A stretch of 64,000 nucleotides of DNA, taken from a virus. Its lineage: Duplodnaviria; Caudoviricetes. The stretch is taken from positions 32,001 through 96,000 of IMG/VR virus record IMGVR_UViG_3300022723_000184; one strand, given 5' to 3'. The position numbers and the translations under genes are program-made. The notes under the pieces are model-generated. The model was not told where the DNA came from. It saw only the letters and a program-made list of their open reading frames with translations, and did not search any database. Shown here piece by piece: positions 35,900 through 44,792 of the stretch. How positions within the stretch are numbered: the first letter of the stretch is position 1; the number at the start of each line of letters is the position of its first letter.

Positions 35900-36340
35900 A
35901 TGAGCGACCAGACCAAGCAAGCTGAGACGGCGTCGCTGCCCTCCCCGGAGGACGCGTACAACCACCTGCTCGGCAACGTCCACTCGCAGGTATTCTTCGG
36001 CAAGCTCGCCCAGGTCGGCATCCATCCCCAGACGGAGAAGGAAGCCAACGACCTGTTGGAGCTGGCCGGTAAGCTGCGGCTCGTCAACGACGACCCCGCG
36101 GTGAAGCAGGCTGCCGAAGCGGACAGCAAGTACGCCAAGGCCAACGCCGCCCTCGACGAGCTGTTCGGTAAGAGCGGCGCCATGAAGCAGGCCAGCGCCC
36201 AGGAGCAGGACGTCGCCCTCGACCAGGCTGCCCGCACCCTGGCCCAGGATCCCCAGATCTACAACTCCGTGCTGAGCATCAAGGCGGCCCAGGCCGAGGA
36301 GATCGCGAAGCAGCTGGGGCTCGGGCAGGACGCGGCCTGA
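35900..36340 (+). CDS. Helical head protein, 146 aa
   Basis: Three KQA motifs (TKQAE, VKQAA, MKQAS). Confidence 0.8.
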   Translation: MSDQTKQAETASLPSPEDAYNHLLGNVHSQVFFGKLAQVGIHPQTEKEANDLLELAGKLRLVNDDPAVKQAAEADSKYAKANAALDELFGKSGAMKQASAQEQDVALDQAARTLAQDPQIYNSVLSIKAAQAEEIAKQLGLGQDAA

Positions 36341-36396
36341 ATCTGAGCGAATCCGGACCGATCTAATCGGCCCGCATCCACGGAAGGAACACGACC

Positions 36397-36744
36397 ATGA
36401 GCGATTTCACGTTCGACATGAGCTGCCTCTTCTCGACCGTCAAGAACAACAGCGGTCAGAAGCGGAAGTTTGGCTTCCTGCCGCCGCACGGCCGGGAGCT
36501 GGACGTCGACGAGGAGTTCACCTTGTTCGGCCACGTCACCGAGGCGATGATCGCCTTCGAGCGTGTGACCAACAAGCGGAGCATCGACGCCCTTCAGCGC
36601 TCGCTGGACAGCGGCGACCTCCTGATCCTCAGCACACCGAACCCGGTCCTGCAGGACGTCACGACGGCCGCCGTCCAGATGATCCAGCTCGACAACGGTT
36701 CGCTGACCGTCGTCGACCCATGCTGGAAGGTCTCTGCCTCCTGA
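36397..36744 (+). CDS. Small structural protein, paralog A (115 aa)
   Basis: Shares STVKN.SG...FGFLPPHGRELDVDEE and TPNP..QD..TA.VQM...DNGS.TV.D.CW with 37471-37842. Confidence 0.8.
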   Translation: MSDFTFDMSCLFSTVKNNSGQKRKFGFLPPHGRELDVDEEFTLFGHVTEAMIAFERVTNKRSIDALQRSLDSGDLLILSTPNPVLQDVTTAAVQMIQLDNGSLTVVDPCWKVSAS

Positions 36745-36777
36745 GCGGCTGCCTGACGGCGACACATCGACACCAAG

Positions 36778-36810
36778 ACGGCCCGCAGGGATACCCTGTG
36801 GGCCGTTTTT
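36778..36810 (+). terminator. Intrinsic terminator
   Basis: 13-bp stem ACGGCCCGCAGGG/CCCTGTGGGCCGT, 3-nt loop, T-run. Confidence 0.8.
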
Positions 36811-36830
36811 CGTAGGCCAGGGAGGGCGCT

Positions 36831-37409
36831 ATGACCGTCGAGGAAAAAAACGAGAAGAAGGGCAAGATGAGTCCGTTCGCCAAGGTCTGTGTCTACATCG
36901 TCACGGCCATAACCCCGGTCGCCGGAACCGCCGTGGTCAACTTCATCCGCGACCTGGATCAGCGGGTCGAGGACGTGGAGAAGACCCAGACCGCGGCGTT
37001 TCACACGATCTACGAGAACGAGACGATCAACCAGCGGCAGTGGGAGATTCTTGGGGCGGTCCGCACCAACTCCGAGGCCAACAGGCGTGTGCTGGACCTG
37101 TACAACCTGCTGCTGGTCAGCGACCAGATCGACATTGAGAAGCTGTCGGAGGCCATGGCCGTGGTCCGGGCGATCGAGCAGTCCGGGCTCTCAGAGGCCG
37201 AGATCAAAACGGCACTCCACACGCTGCAACGGCTCAAGTCGCTCAACCCGTTCGGACACAACGCCCCGAAGCCCGCGGTGCTCCCCACGCTACCGGCGCC
37301 GGTCCCCGTGCCCAACGTCCAGCAGCAGCAATCCACCCGCCCAGATCTCCTGTCGCCCGAGGAGCTTCAGCGGTACATCGAGCAAAAGAAGGGCGGCGTC
37401 AAGAAGTAG
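36831..37409 (+). CDS. Predicted membrane-anchored coiled-coil protein, 192 aa
   Basis: N-terminal hydrophobic segment VCVYIVTAITPVAGTAVV preceded by basic residues. Confidence 0.7.
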   Translation: MTVEEKNEKKGKMSPFAKVCVYIVTAITPVAGTAVVNFIRDLDQRVEDVEKTQTAAFHTIYENETINQRQWEILGAVRTNSEANRRVLDLYNLLLVSDQIDIEKLSEAMAVVRAIEQSGLSEAEIKTALHTLQRLKSLNPFGHNAPKPAVLPTLPAPVPVPNVQQQQSTRPDLLSPEELQRYIEQKKGGVKK

Positions 37410-37414
37410 GTTTA

Positions 37415-37423
37415 TGCTATACT
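37415..37423 (+). promoter_or_regulatory. Possible extended -10 promoter TGCTATACT
   Basis: Intergenic TGn-TATACT upstream of paralog B. Confidence 0.35.
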
Positions 37424-37470
37424 TCTTTCGGCTGCAGGGATGTAGCATGCTCACCGGATGGATCTGTTGT

Positions 37471-37842
37471 ATGAGCACCATCTGTCTTTACTCAACCGTC
37501 AAAAACACGTCCGGCATCCGGATGCGGTTTGGCTTCTTGCCTCCGCACGGCCGGGAGCTGGACGTCGACGAGGAACTGTCGATCTTCGGGTTCGTGGCTG
37601 AGCTGCTGGACGCCCAGGGGGCCAAGGCCTTCCAGCGGGCGATCGACGCCGGCTACCTGGAGATCCTCGATACCCCGAACCCCATCGTCCAGGACGCTGC
37701 GACGGCCGTCGTCCAGATGGTGCGGACCGACAACGGTTCGATCACCGTGGCCGACACCTGCTGGGGCGTTACCGCCAACCTGGTGACCGAGGACGACGAG
37801 GAGCTGTTGACCGAGGGCGATGACGAGATTGTCGTCGAGTAA
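37471..37842 (+). CDS. Small structural protein, paralog B (123 aa)
   Basis: Homology to 36397-36744 begins at MSTICLYSTVKN; acidic LVTEDDEELLTEGDD tail. Confidence 0.75.
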   Translation: MSTICLYSTVKNTSGIRMRFGFLPPHGRELDVDEELSIFGFVAELLDAQGAKAFQRAIDAGYLEILDTPNPIVQDAATAVVQMVRTDNGSITVADTCWGVTANLVTEDDEELLTEGDDEIVVE

Positions 37843-37859
37843 GCAAGGAGGCTTATCCC

Positions 37860-39107
37860 GTGGCCGATCAAGTGAAGATTTCAGCGTTGCCCGCCGCCAC
37901 CACGCCGCTCGCCGGTACGGAGGAGGCGGTCATCGTCCAGGGCGGACAGTCCCGCAGGGTCGCGGTCAGCGAGTTCGCTGGCTCGGTCGCCGTGTTCGGT
38001 CAGGGCAGCGACGGCCTGGTACCCGGTCCGTCGTCCGGCGACGTGTCCGCCAACCGGCTGCTCCAAGCTGACGGTAGCTGGGTGGACCCGCCGACCACTT
38101 TCTCCCAGGACGTCGCGGGCCTGGTCCCCGGACCGACGGCGAGTGACGTCTCGAACAATCGACTGTTGCAGGCCAACGGCGCCTGGGTCGACCCTCCGTC
38201 CGGCGGCGGCATGAACCAGGCCGGCGCCGGTACGTTCAGTGTCACAGGTACCGGCGCCAACGCCGGAGGTCGATGCGACTCGGGCACGGTGACGGTCGAC
38301 GGCAGCGGCGCGCTGTTCAGCGGTTACAAGGCCGGCCCGGCGACGCTGAACGTGAGCGGCGAGGGCGCCACGGTGCTCGGCCTGATTGTGAGCGGCACCG
38401 TTGACTTGGACGCCGACGGCACGTTCGCGATGACGTATCACCTGGACGGCTCGCTGACCAACCCGAACGGGAACACCGGCGCGTCGTTCATGGGCCACAT
38501 GCAGGGCTCCTCGACGGCCGTCGTGCTACAGGGCGACGGCACCTCGGTCCGAGGCCACTTCACCGGCGGCACGGTCACGGTCAGCGGCTCCGGCGCCCGA
38601 TTCCGCGGTCGCTCGATCACGAGCGGCACTTGCACGGTGAGCGGCAGCGCGGCCGTGTTCGATGGGCTCACGCAGAACGGCGCGACCACCACTCTCAGCA
38701 GTGACGTGGCCCGGTTTGAGGGAGCCAACGTCGGCGGCACGGTGCTCGTTGATTCGACTGCGGCCAAGGCGTCGGGCTACTTGGACAATGCGAGTGCCGT
38801 GATGAATTCGACGGGGCTCGCATCGTTTGTGCATGCGTACATCCCCGGCGCCGGCACGGCCGAGGCTACCGCAAACGGCTCGTGGCAAATCGGTATCGGG
38901 TCCTGCACGGTTGCAAACGCTTTCCAGTTGGGTGCCGGTGTGTTGCACTGTCGATTTGAAGCCGGTAGCGAGACGTTCGCGATGTTCGGGGCAACTCCGG
39001 TGGCACAACAGAGCGATCCAGCCAGTCCGGCGGCCGATACCGGCGAGCTTAAGACGGCTGTCGACGCTCTCCGAACCATCATGCTCAACTACGGCATGAC
39101 GGCCTGA
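37860..39107 (+). CDS. Fibre/spike protein with beta-helix-like repeats, 415 aa
   Basis: N-terminal VKISALPAAT...GTEE..VQGG anchor; duplicated GLVPGP...NRLLQA.G.WVDPP; G/T/V-rich repeats. Confidence 0.75.
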   Translation: MADQVKISALPAATTPLAGTEEAVIVQGGQSRRVAVSEFAGSVAVFGQGSDGLVPGPSSGDVSANRLLQADGSWVDPPTTFSQDVAGLVPGPTASDVSNNRLLQANGAWVDPPSGGGMNQAGAGTFSVTGTGANAGGRCDSGTVTVDGSGALFSGYKAGPATLNVSGEGATVLGLIVSGTVDLDADGTFAMTYHLDGSLTNPNGNTGASFMGHMQGSSTAVVLQGDGTSVRGHFTGGTVTVSGSGARFRGRSITSGTCTVSGSAAVFDGLTQNGATTTLSSDVARFEGANVGGTVLVDSTAAKASGYLDNASAVMNSTGLASFVHAYIPGAGTAEATANGSWQIGIGSCTVANAFQLGAGVLHCRFEAGSETFAMFGATPVAQQSDPASPAADTGELKTAVDALRTIMLNYGMTA

Positions 39108-39149
39108 TGTCTGTTGGATTGTGTTAACCCATTCGGGTAACATCTCGGC

Positions 39150-39470
39150 ATGAACATCAACTTCGACCTTGAGGTCAAACGGCTGTCCGGGGCACCGTTC
39201 CTGGACGGAGGTGCGGCGAAAGAGGGGGAGGAAGCTCCCCCGCTCTTGCTGAAGAACGGCGTGGTCAACTGCCTGTTGGAACCGCAGCAGGCCGATGCCT
39301 CAGCCAAGGGTGCGACCAAGCTCGAACTCTACGAGCTGGCCCGCAAGATTTCGGCGGGCGGCGAGGTCGACCTGTCGGCCGAGGAGATCACCAAGGTCCG
39401 TGAGCGGGTGCAGGCCAGCTCGTACGGCATCGAGGTGATCGGCGCGATCTGCGACATGGTCAAGGCGTAG
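39150..39470 (+). CDS. Small helical protein, possibly a fibre-assembly helper (106 aa)
   Basis: Follows a fibre gene; globular. Confidence 0.65.
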   Translation: MNINFDLEVKRLSGAPFLDGGAAKEGEEAPPLLLKNGVVNCLLEPQQADASAKGATKLELYELARKISAGGEVDLSAEEITKVRERVQASSYGIEVIGAICDMVKA

Positions 39471-39489
39471 ATGGAGGAGGGCGGTACAG

Positions 39490-40692
39490 GTGCTCTCCCT
39501 CTTCACTCCGACCCATGACCCGAAGCATCTCGAAGAAGCGTACGACTCCCTCCTGGTCCAGGACTACGAGGACTGGGAGTGGGTGTTGGTCCCCAATGGC
39601 GGCATGAAACAGCCGGTACCCGCCCGGGTCACGCAAGATCCCAGGGTCCGGCTGGTCGCCGATCCAAAGACCGACAAGATCGGGGCCCTCAAGAAACATG
39701 CCTGCGACCGCTGCCAGGGCGACGCGTTCATCGAGTTCGACCACGACGACCTGTTGGTGCCCGGGACCCTGGCCAAGATCGCCAAGGAGATTGAGGGCGG
39801 CGCGGGCTTCGTCTATTCGGACGCCGCGGTGTTCAACGACGGCAGCCTCAAGAGCTGGTCGTACAGCCCGACGCACGGTTGGGAGAGCTACGACCTACGG
39901 GTGTACGAGAAGCCCTTCCGGGCCACCAAGTGCTTTGAGCTGACGCCTCGCAGCCTGTGCGAGGTCTACTACGCCCCCGATCACGTCCGCGTCTGGAGCC
40001 GGGAGGCCTACGAGAAGACCGGGGGCCACAACCCGGACATGGGGGTGGCCGACGATCACGACCTGGTGTGCCGCACCTACCTGGCCGGCTTCGCGTTCGC
40101 CCACATCGGCTGCTGCGGTTATCTGTACCGGTACCACCAGAACAACACGGTCAAGGCCCGCAGCGACGACATTGCCCGGCTGCAGAACGCCAACCGGCAG
40201 CGGTACATGGCCCCACTGGCCGAGGAGTGGTCGAGGCGACAGGGGCTGAAGGTGATCGAGCTGCACGAGCTGTTCCGCTTGGGCAAGTGGGCCCCCGACA
40301 AGCCGATCCCGTGCGGCGACGGTGAGGCTGGGCAGGTGGTGGCCTGGGACGTCCTGCAGTTCTTCCCCCCGGGCCTTCAGGTGGCGGTGTTCAACGAGGT
40401 CTACCGGGTGCTGGCGCCGGCCGGGATCATGAACCTGGCGGTGCCCAGCTCCAATGGTCGGTACCAGGACCAGGACCCTCGCCACCGCACCCGGTTTAAC
40501 GAGAACAGCTTTCTCTATTACACGGTCAAGGACTTCGCTCGGGCCAATCCCGAGGTGGCCTGCAAGTTCCAGCTGGTCCAGGTCTACGATGGATTCCCGT
40601 CAGAGGAATACAAGAAGCACGACATGCGCGTGCTCTTCGCGGACTTATGCGCCCTCAAGGGGCAGAGACAGCCGGGACGAGTCCACATCTAG
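39490..40692 (+). CDS. GT2 family glycosyltransferase fused to a SAM-dependent methyltransferase-like domain, 400 aa
   Basis: SLFTPTHD...QDYEDWEWVLV, FDHDD (DxD), ADDHDLVCR, then NEVYRVLAPAGIMNLAVP...DPRHRTRFNENSF. Confidence 0.85.
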   Translation: MLSLFTPTHDPKHLEEAYDSLLVQDYEDWEWVLVPNGGMKQPVPARVTQDPRVRLVADPKTDKIGALKKHACDRCQGDAFIEFDHDDLLVPGTLAKIAKEIEGGAGFVYSDAAVFNDGSLKSWSYSPTHGWESYDLRVYEKPFRATKCFELTPRSLCEVYYAPDHVRVWSREAYEKTGGHNPDMGVADDHDLVCRTYLAGFAFAHIGCCGYLYRYHQNNTVKARSDDIARLQNANRQRYMAPLAEEWSRRQGLKVIELHELFRLGKWAPDKPIPCGDGEAGQVVAWDVLQFFPPGLQVAVFNEVYRVLAPAGIMNLAVPSSNGRYQDQDPRHRTRFNENSFLYYTVKDFARANPEVACKFQLVQVYDGFPSEEYKKHDMRVLFADLCALKGQRQPGRVHI

Positions 40693-40716
40693 CTCGCCGT
40701 TCGGGACGGCCAGTGG

Positions 40717-40722
40717 TATAAT
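40717..40722 (+). promoter_or_regulatory. Possible -10 element TATAAT
   Basis: Perfect hexamer in the intergenic gap 40693-40798; the -35 match is weak. Confidence 0.35.
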
Positions 40723-40798
40723 GCCACCAGGACTACGTTTGGCGAGTATCAGCGCAATGCCCGCTCATCGGCCTGGAAGATGAGACGCGGAGGCAAGG

Positions 40799-41158
40799 AT
40801 GCCCGATCTCTTTCCCATCTTGGACGACAAGCCTGAGACGTCCATCCGGGAGTTCGGGGAGATCGCCGCCCTGGCCGCGGATGCCACGGGCACGGTCCTC
40901 TCCTTTACCAACGCGGGTCCCGGTGTTGCCTGGATCGATGGCGTTCGTGGCGAGGGCGATGGCGACGCACGCTGGCAGCTGGTGATCGAGACCGTGGTTA
41001 AGGACTCGACCCGGACCAGCATTGCGACACCCAAGGCGGAGTTTTTGTTCCCAACGCCGCAGCGGTTGGAGGCCGGCGAGACCCTGGAGGTCAAGGTCAC
41101 CAACTGCATCGACGGCCTGGGCAAGTACAACGCCTCGCTCTTCGGCCACAGAGACTGA
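40799..41158 (+). CDS. Small beta-sandwich protein, 119 aa
   Basis: RBS and GC3 bias; in operon. Confidence 0.7.
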   Translation: MPDLFPILDDKPETSIREFGEIAALAADATGTVLSFTNAGPGVAWIDGVRGEGDGDARWQLVIETVVKDSTRTSIATPKAEFLFPTPQRLEAGETLEVKVTNCIDGLGKYNASLFGHRD

Positions 41159-41160
41159 TC

Positions 41161-41472
41161 ATGGGAGACATCGTTCGCTCCGGCGACAACTCGCAGAAGA
41201 TCATCAAGGCCGACATCGGGCTGACGCTCAAACGGCTGCGGATCATGATCTCTGAGAAGGAGGTTCAGCTGGACGGGATCAACGTTCGTATCCAACAGCT
41301 CAAGAGCGTCGAGATTAAAAATCTGCAGCTGCAGCAGGACGTGATCGTCCGAGAGATTCAGGAGCTGAAGGTAGAGGCACAGGAGCTGACTCGGAAGGCG
41401 ATGGAGGAAGGTCGGGAGGACGCTATCATCGACGCCGAGTTTGAAGTGAAAGAAGATCAACCCACCGGTTAA
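41161..41472 (+). CDS. Coiled-coil protein, 103 aa
   Basis: Heptad pattern. Confidence 0.7.
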   Translation: MGDIVRSGDNSQKIIKADIGLTLKRLRIMISEKEVQLDGINVRIQQLKSVEIKNLQLQQDVIVREIQELKVEAQELTRKAMEEGREDAIIDAEFEVKEDQPTG

Positions 41473-41503
41473 CGCCGGCTGACTGTTCAAGGAGGAACAG
41501 CTC

Positions 41504-42937
41504 ATGGTAGACATCCGAGCAGGCCAACGCGTCCGGATCTGGGACGACGACAACGATACAGAGGTGATGGTAGCCGTCCGCGACGTCGCGGCCGGCGGCG
41601 CCGAAGCCGGCATCACGGCCATGGCCGTCCGCGACGATGGCGGTGGCTCCCTGGTCTCGGCCGACGGTGACTACACCCCGCTCTCCGTCGACGCCAGCGG
41701 CAACCTCCGCGTGGTTGTGACCGGTGGCGGCAATGCCTCGGTCGCGGTCGATGACAGCGCGTTCACCCCGGCGACCGACTCGGTTACCGTGATCGGGGCG
41801 TTCGCCGACGAGACGACGCCCGATTCCGTGGATGAAGGCGACCTGGGTGCGGTCCGCATGACGCTCGACCGCCAGCTCCGCGTCCGTGTGGAGTCAGAGT
41901 ACCCCGAGTCGTCGACCCATTCGTCCGGCGACTTCGGCATTCTCAACCTCGCGGTCCGCAACGACGCCGGCACCCCGCTGGCCGCGGACGGCGAGTACAT
42001 CCCACTGACGACCAATGCCTCTGGCGACCTGCGGGTCGCGGTGGCCTCGGGTACGACCGCCCCGTCCAAGACTGACGACGACGCGTTCGCGATCGGCTCG
42101 GACCTGGTCAGTCCGTCCGGCTTCCTGGCCGACGAGACGGCCCCGGATTCCGTGGACGAGGGCGACGTGGGCCTGGCCCGCATGACCCTCGACCGTCGTC
42201 AGCTGATGGTCCTCACCGACGCGACCACCGAGTCGCAGCGGCTCGGGATCGACTCCGACGGCGAGCTGACGGTCAAGATCAACCAGACCGGCTCGAACAA
42301 CAATGTCCAGAACGACGAGACGATCGCCGACGATGCGGCGTTCGCCGTGGCCACGAGCCCTGTGTTCCCCATGGGCGCCCTGGCCGACGAGACGGCCCCG
42401 GACTCCGTGGACGAGGGGGACATCGGCGCTCCCCGCATGACCCTGGACCGGAAGCTCCTGGTTCGCGTCGTGGGTTCGACGGACGCCAACCGCCTGGAGG
42501 TTACGGCCTCGGGTGCCGTTCACACCAACCTCTCGGAGGTCAACGGCGCCACTCACAGCGAGACCAACCCGGTCTTCGTCCAGGTGGTGAGCACCGCGGT
42601 CAGCGGCAGCGAGATCCACGACTACAGCGTGGCGACCGTGGCCAAGGACGCGACGGACAACCACGACTACACCGTGGCCAACAGCACGTTCTTGCTCAAG
42701 AGCGTGGCGGTGACGGCCTCGGGCGCGATGAAGGCCGAGATCCAAACCGGCCCGGTGGCCGGTTTGGCGACGGTGGCCGTGATCTTCACCAGCCCGAGCA
42801 ACCCGTTCAACCAGATCTTCTTCGACCCGCCGGTCGAGGTCCCGGTGGCCTCCACGGGCACGGTCCGGGTGATCCGGCGGAACGATGACAACCAGAGCCA
42901 GGACCTGTACTCTACGATCATCGGCAACGACGTCTGA
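41504..42937 (+). CDS. Repeat-built fibre-like structural protein, 477 aa
   Basis: Three copies of DD.AF.......ADET.PDSVDEGD.G..RMTLDR and two of AVR.D.G..L..DG.Y.PL...ASG.LRV. Confidence 0.8.
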   Translation: MVDIRAGQRVRIWDDDNDTEVMVAVRDVAAGGAEAGITAMAVRDDGGGSLVSADGDYTPLSVDASGNLRVVVTGGGNASVAVDDSAFTPATDSVTVIGAFADETTPDSVDEGDLGAVRMTLDRQLRVRVESEYPESSTHSSGDFGILNLAVRNDAGTPLAADGEYIPLTTNASGDLRVAVASGTTAPSKTDDDAFAIGSDLVSPSGFLADETAPDSVDEGDVGLARMTLDRRQLMVLTDATTESQRLGIDSDGELTVKINQTGSNNNVQNDETIADDAAFAVATSPVFPMGALADETAPDSVDEGDIGAPRMTLDRKLLVRVVGSTDANRLEVTASGAVHTNLSEVNGATHSETNPVFVQVVSTAVSGSEIHDYSVATVAKDATDNHDYTVANSTFLLKSVAVTASGAMKAEIQTGPVAGLATVAVIFTSPSNPFNQIFFDPPVEVPVASTGTVRVIRRNDDNQSQDLYSTIIGNDV

Positions 42938-42981
42938 TAGGCGGGTGTCGGCCGATGCCAATCTCTTAGGAAGGATTTGTC

Positions 42982-43233
42982 ATGGCCGACATCCGAAGGA
43001 ACGACGACGAGCCTGGAGAGCAGCACGACCCCGTCCAGGTCGAGAAGAAGACGACCAAGAAGGACATCGACCTGGACGAACCCAAGGACTCTTTCAGGGA
43101 GATCCAGTTGAAGCTGCCTGAGACGGGCAACCTCGACGTCGTCCAGATCGAGCTGCTGGCCACGATCAACAAGCAGCTGTCGGAACTGATCAAGCTGAAC
43201 GACCGGATCGCCAAGGCCCTGGAAGCCAAGTAA
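42982..43233 (+). CDS. Hypothetical protein, 83 aa
   Basis: AGGAAGG RBS; C-terminal coiled coil. Confidence 0.65.
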   Translation: MADIRRNDDEPGEQHDPVQVEKKTTKKDIDLDEPKDSFREIQLKLPETGNLDVVQIELLATINKQLSELIKLNDRIAKALEAK

Positions 43234-43245
43234 GGATGATGGCCC

Positions 43246-43653
43246 ATGGCCGACCTGCCACGCAGCGAAGGCGTCGAGACCAACATCAGTGGCCTGAACG
43301 AGGTCGGCACCGATGAGCGGCGTGCGGGTGTCACCGACCTTCTGGAGTTGAAGGTCGATGACGGGCCGGGCGACAACGTGCTGCACGGGAAGACGACTGT
43401 TACCACCGCGGGGACGGCCGTCTCCGTTATGGGGGCGGCCACCGCCACCCGGTCCATCACCATCCGGGCCAACCGAACCAACTCCCTCAGTTCGATCATC
43501 TACGTTGGCGGCTCGACGGTCAGCTCGACCGATGGCTTCGAGCTGGGCCGTGGGCAATCGGTGACCTTGGACGTCGACAACAGCCAGGACGAGATCTACA
43601 TCGACACCAACGTGAACGGCTCAGGCGTCAGCTGGATCGCCGTGGACAAGTAA
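43246..43653 (+). CDS. Small beta-sandwich structural protein, 135 aa
   Basis: SITIRAN.TN...IYVGGSTVSSTDGFELGRGQSVTL pattern typical of small phage jelly-roll proteins. Confidence 0.7.
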   Translation: MADLPRSEGVETNISGLNEVGTDERRAGVTDLLELKVDDGPGDNVLHGKTTVTTAGTAVSVMGAATATRSITIRANRTNSLSSIIYVGGSTVSSTDGFELGRGQSVTLDVDNSQDEIYIDTNVNGSGVSWIAVDK

Positions 43654-43656
43654 CGC

Positions 43657-44790
43657 ATGCCAGGAACTCGATCGACCGACGGTCTTGACGCAGTCGGTCT
43701 CATCCTTGGGGATGGGACCATTGTCGACATCGGCCCGGTTGCCGACGGCGAGGTGTTGCAGCGATCGGGCTCGCAGATCTTGGGGGCCGTCGTCGACCCG
43801 CGACTGGCCGCCGAATACTACTTCCTGGCCGACTTTCTGGAGAACATCAACCCGGCGGGCACCGACTGGGCGGTGAACGCGCTCTCCGAATTGTTGCCTG
43901 ACCCTTTCAACAACGGTATTCCTGTTCGACACTTTGACGATTCGGTGGAAGAAGGAGCCGGACTCACGCTCCGCATCCCGGGCGAGGCTGGACAAGTTAC
44001 GTTTGACCTGACGGCCCGGGCCTTGGCTACGGGCGGCGGTGACGTGCAGTGGAACCTGTACTGGAGAGAGATCACGGATGGCGCCGCTACAGGGGCCTGG
44101 TCTGCAGGCGTACCGTTCGCCACCCACAACTTCGAGCCCAACAACAACTGGTCGCGGGTCAGCGGTACGTTCGACCTGAGCGGTTCTGGGTTGAACGCGG
44201 GCAGTACATACCAGTTCGAGTTGACTCGTGACGGTACCGCCGGTGCCGATGATCTGGTGTCGGACGTCCTGCTCTACGACATCCGCGTGAGGTTCGACGC
44301 CGCCAAGTTCCGGCAGTACTTCGCCGGTCACTTCTCGACGCCAAAGAACGCCGACTGGGCGGTGAACGCGTTTGCCCCTGAGGACATCGATGACATCAGC
44401 GCAGCCCTCAACGTTCGATACTTTGACGACACGGACGAGGAGGGCGTGGGCTTCGAGGAGCGTGTTCCTACCTGGGCCAAGACCCTGAAGCTCGACTTCC
44501 AGTCCCGCGCCCAGGCCACGGGCGGCGGGGACGTCGCCCTCAACCTGTACTACCGCAAGATCGAGGCGGGCGGGACGACCGGGGCCTGGTCGTCGGCCTT
44601 TTCGCTGACGGACCTGACCTTCGGGGCGAACACCAACTGGGCTGACGACACGCAGCTGATTGCCTTGAGTACATTGGGCATTGACGCAGGCTCCCCCTAC
44701 CAGTTCCAGCTGACGCGTAACGGCGGGGACGCGGGCGACACCCTGGTGAGCGACTGGCTTCTCCATGAAATGGATGTGACCTGGATCTAA
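43657..44790 (+). CDS. Structural protein with two tandem 'DWAVN' beta-sandwich domains, 377 aa
   Basis: Internal duplication DWAVNA...VR.FDD..EEG.G...ATGGGDV..NLY.R.I..G..TGAWS...YQF.LTR.G....D.LVSD. Confidence 0.8.
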   Translation: MPGTRSTDGLDAVGLILGDGTIVDIGPVADGEVLQRSGSQILGAVVDPRLAAEYYFLADFLENINPAGTDWAVNALSELLPDPFNNGIPVRHFDDSVEEGAGLTLRIPGEAGQVTFDLTARALATGGGDVQWNLYWREITDGAATGAWSAGVPFATHNFEPNNNWSRVSGTFDLSGSGLNAGSTYQFELTRDGTAGADDLVSDVLLYDIRVRFDAAKFRQYFAGHFSTPKNADWAVNAFAPEDIDDISAALNVRYFDDTDEEGVGFEERVPTWAKTLKLDFQSRAQATGGGDVALNLYYRKIEAGGTTGAWSSAFSLTDLTFGANTNWADDTQLIALSTLGIDAGSPYQFQLTRNGGDAGDTLVSDWLLHEMDVTWI

Positions 44791-44792
44791 CG

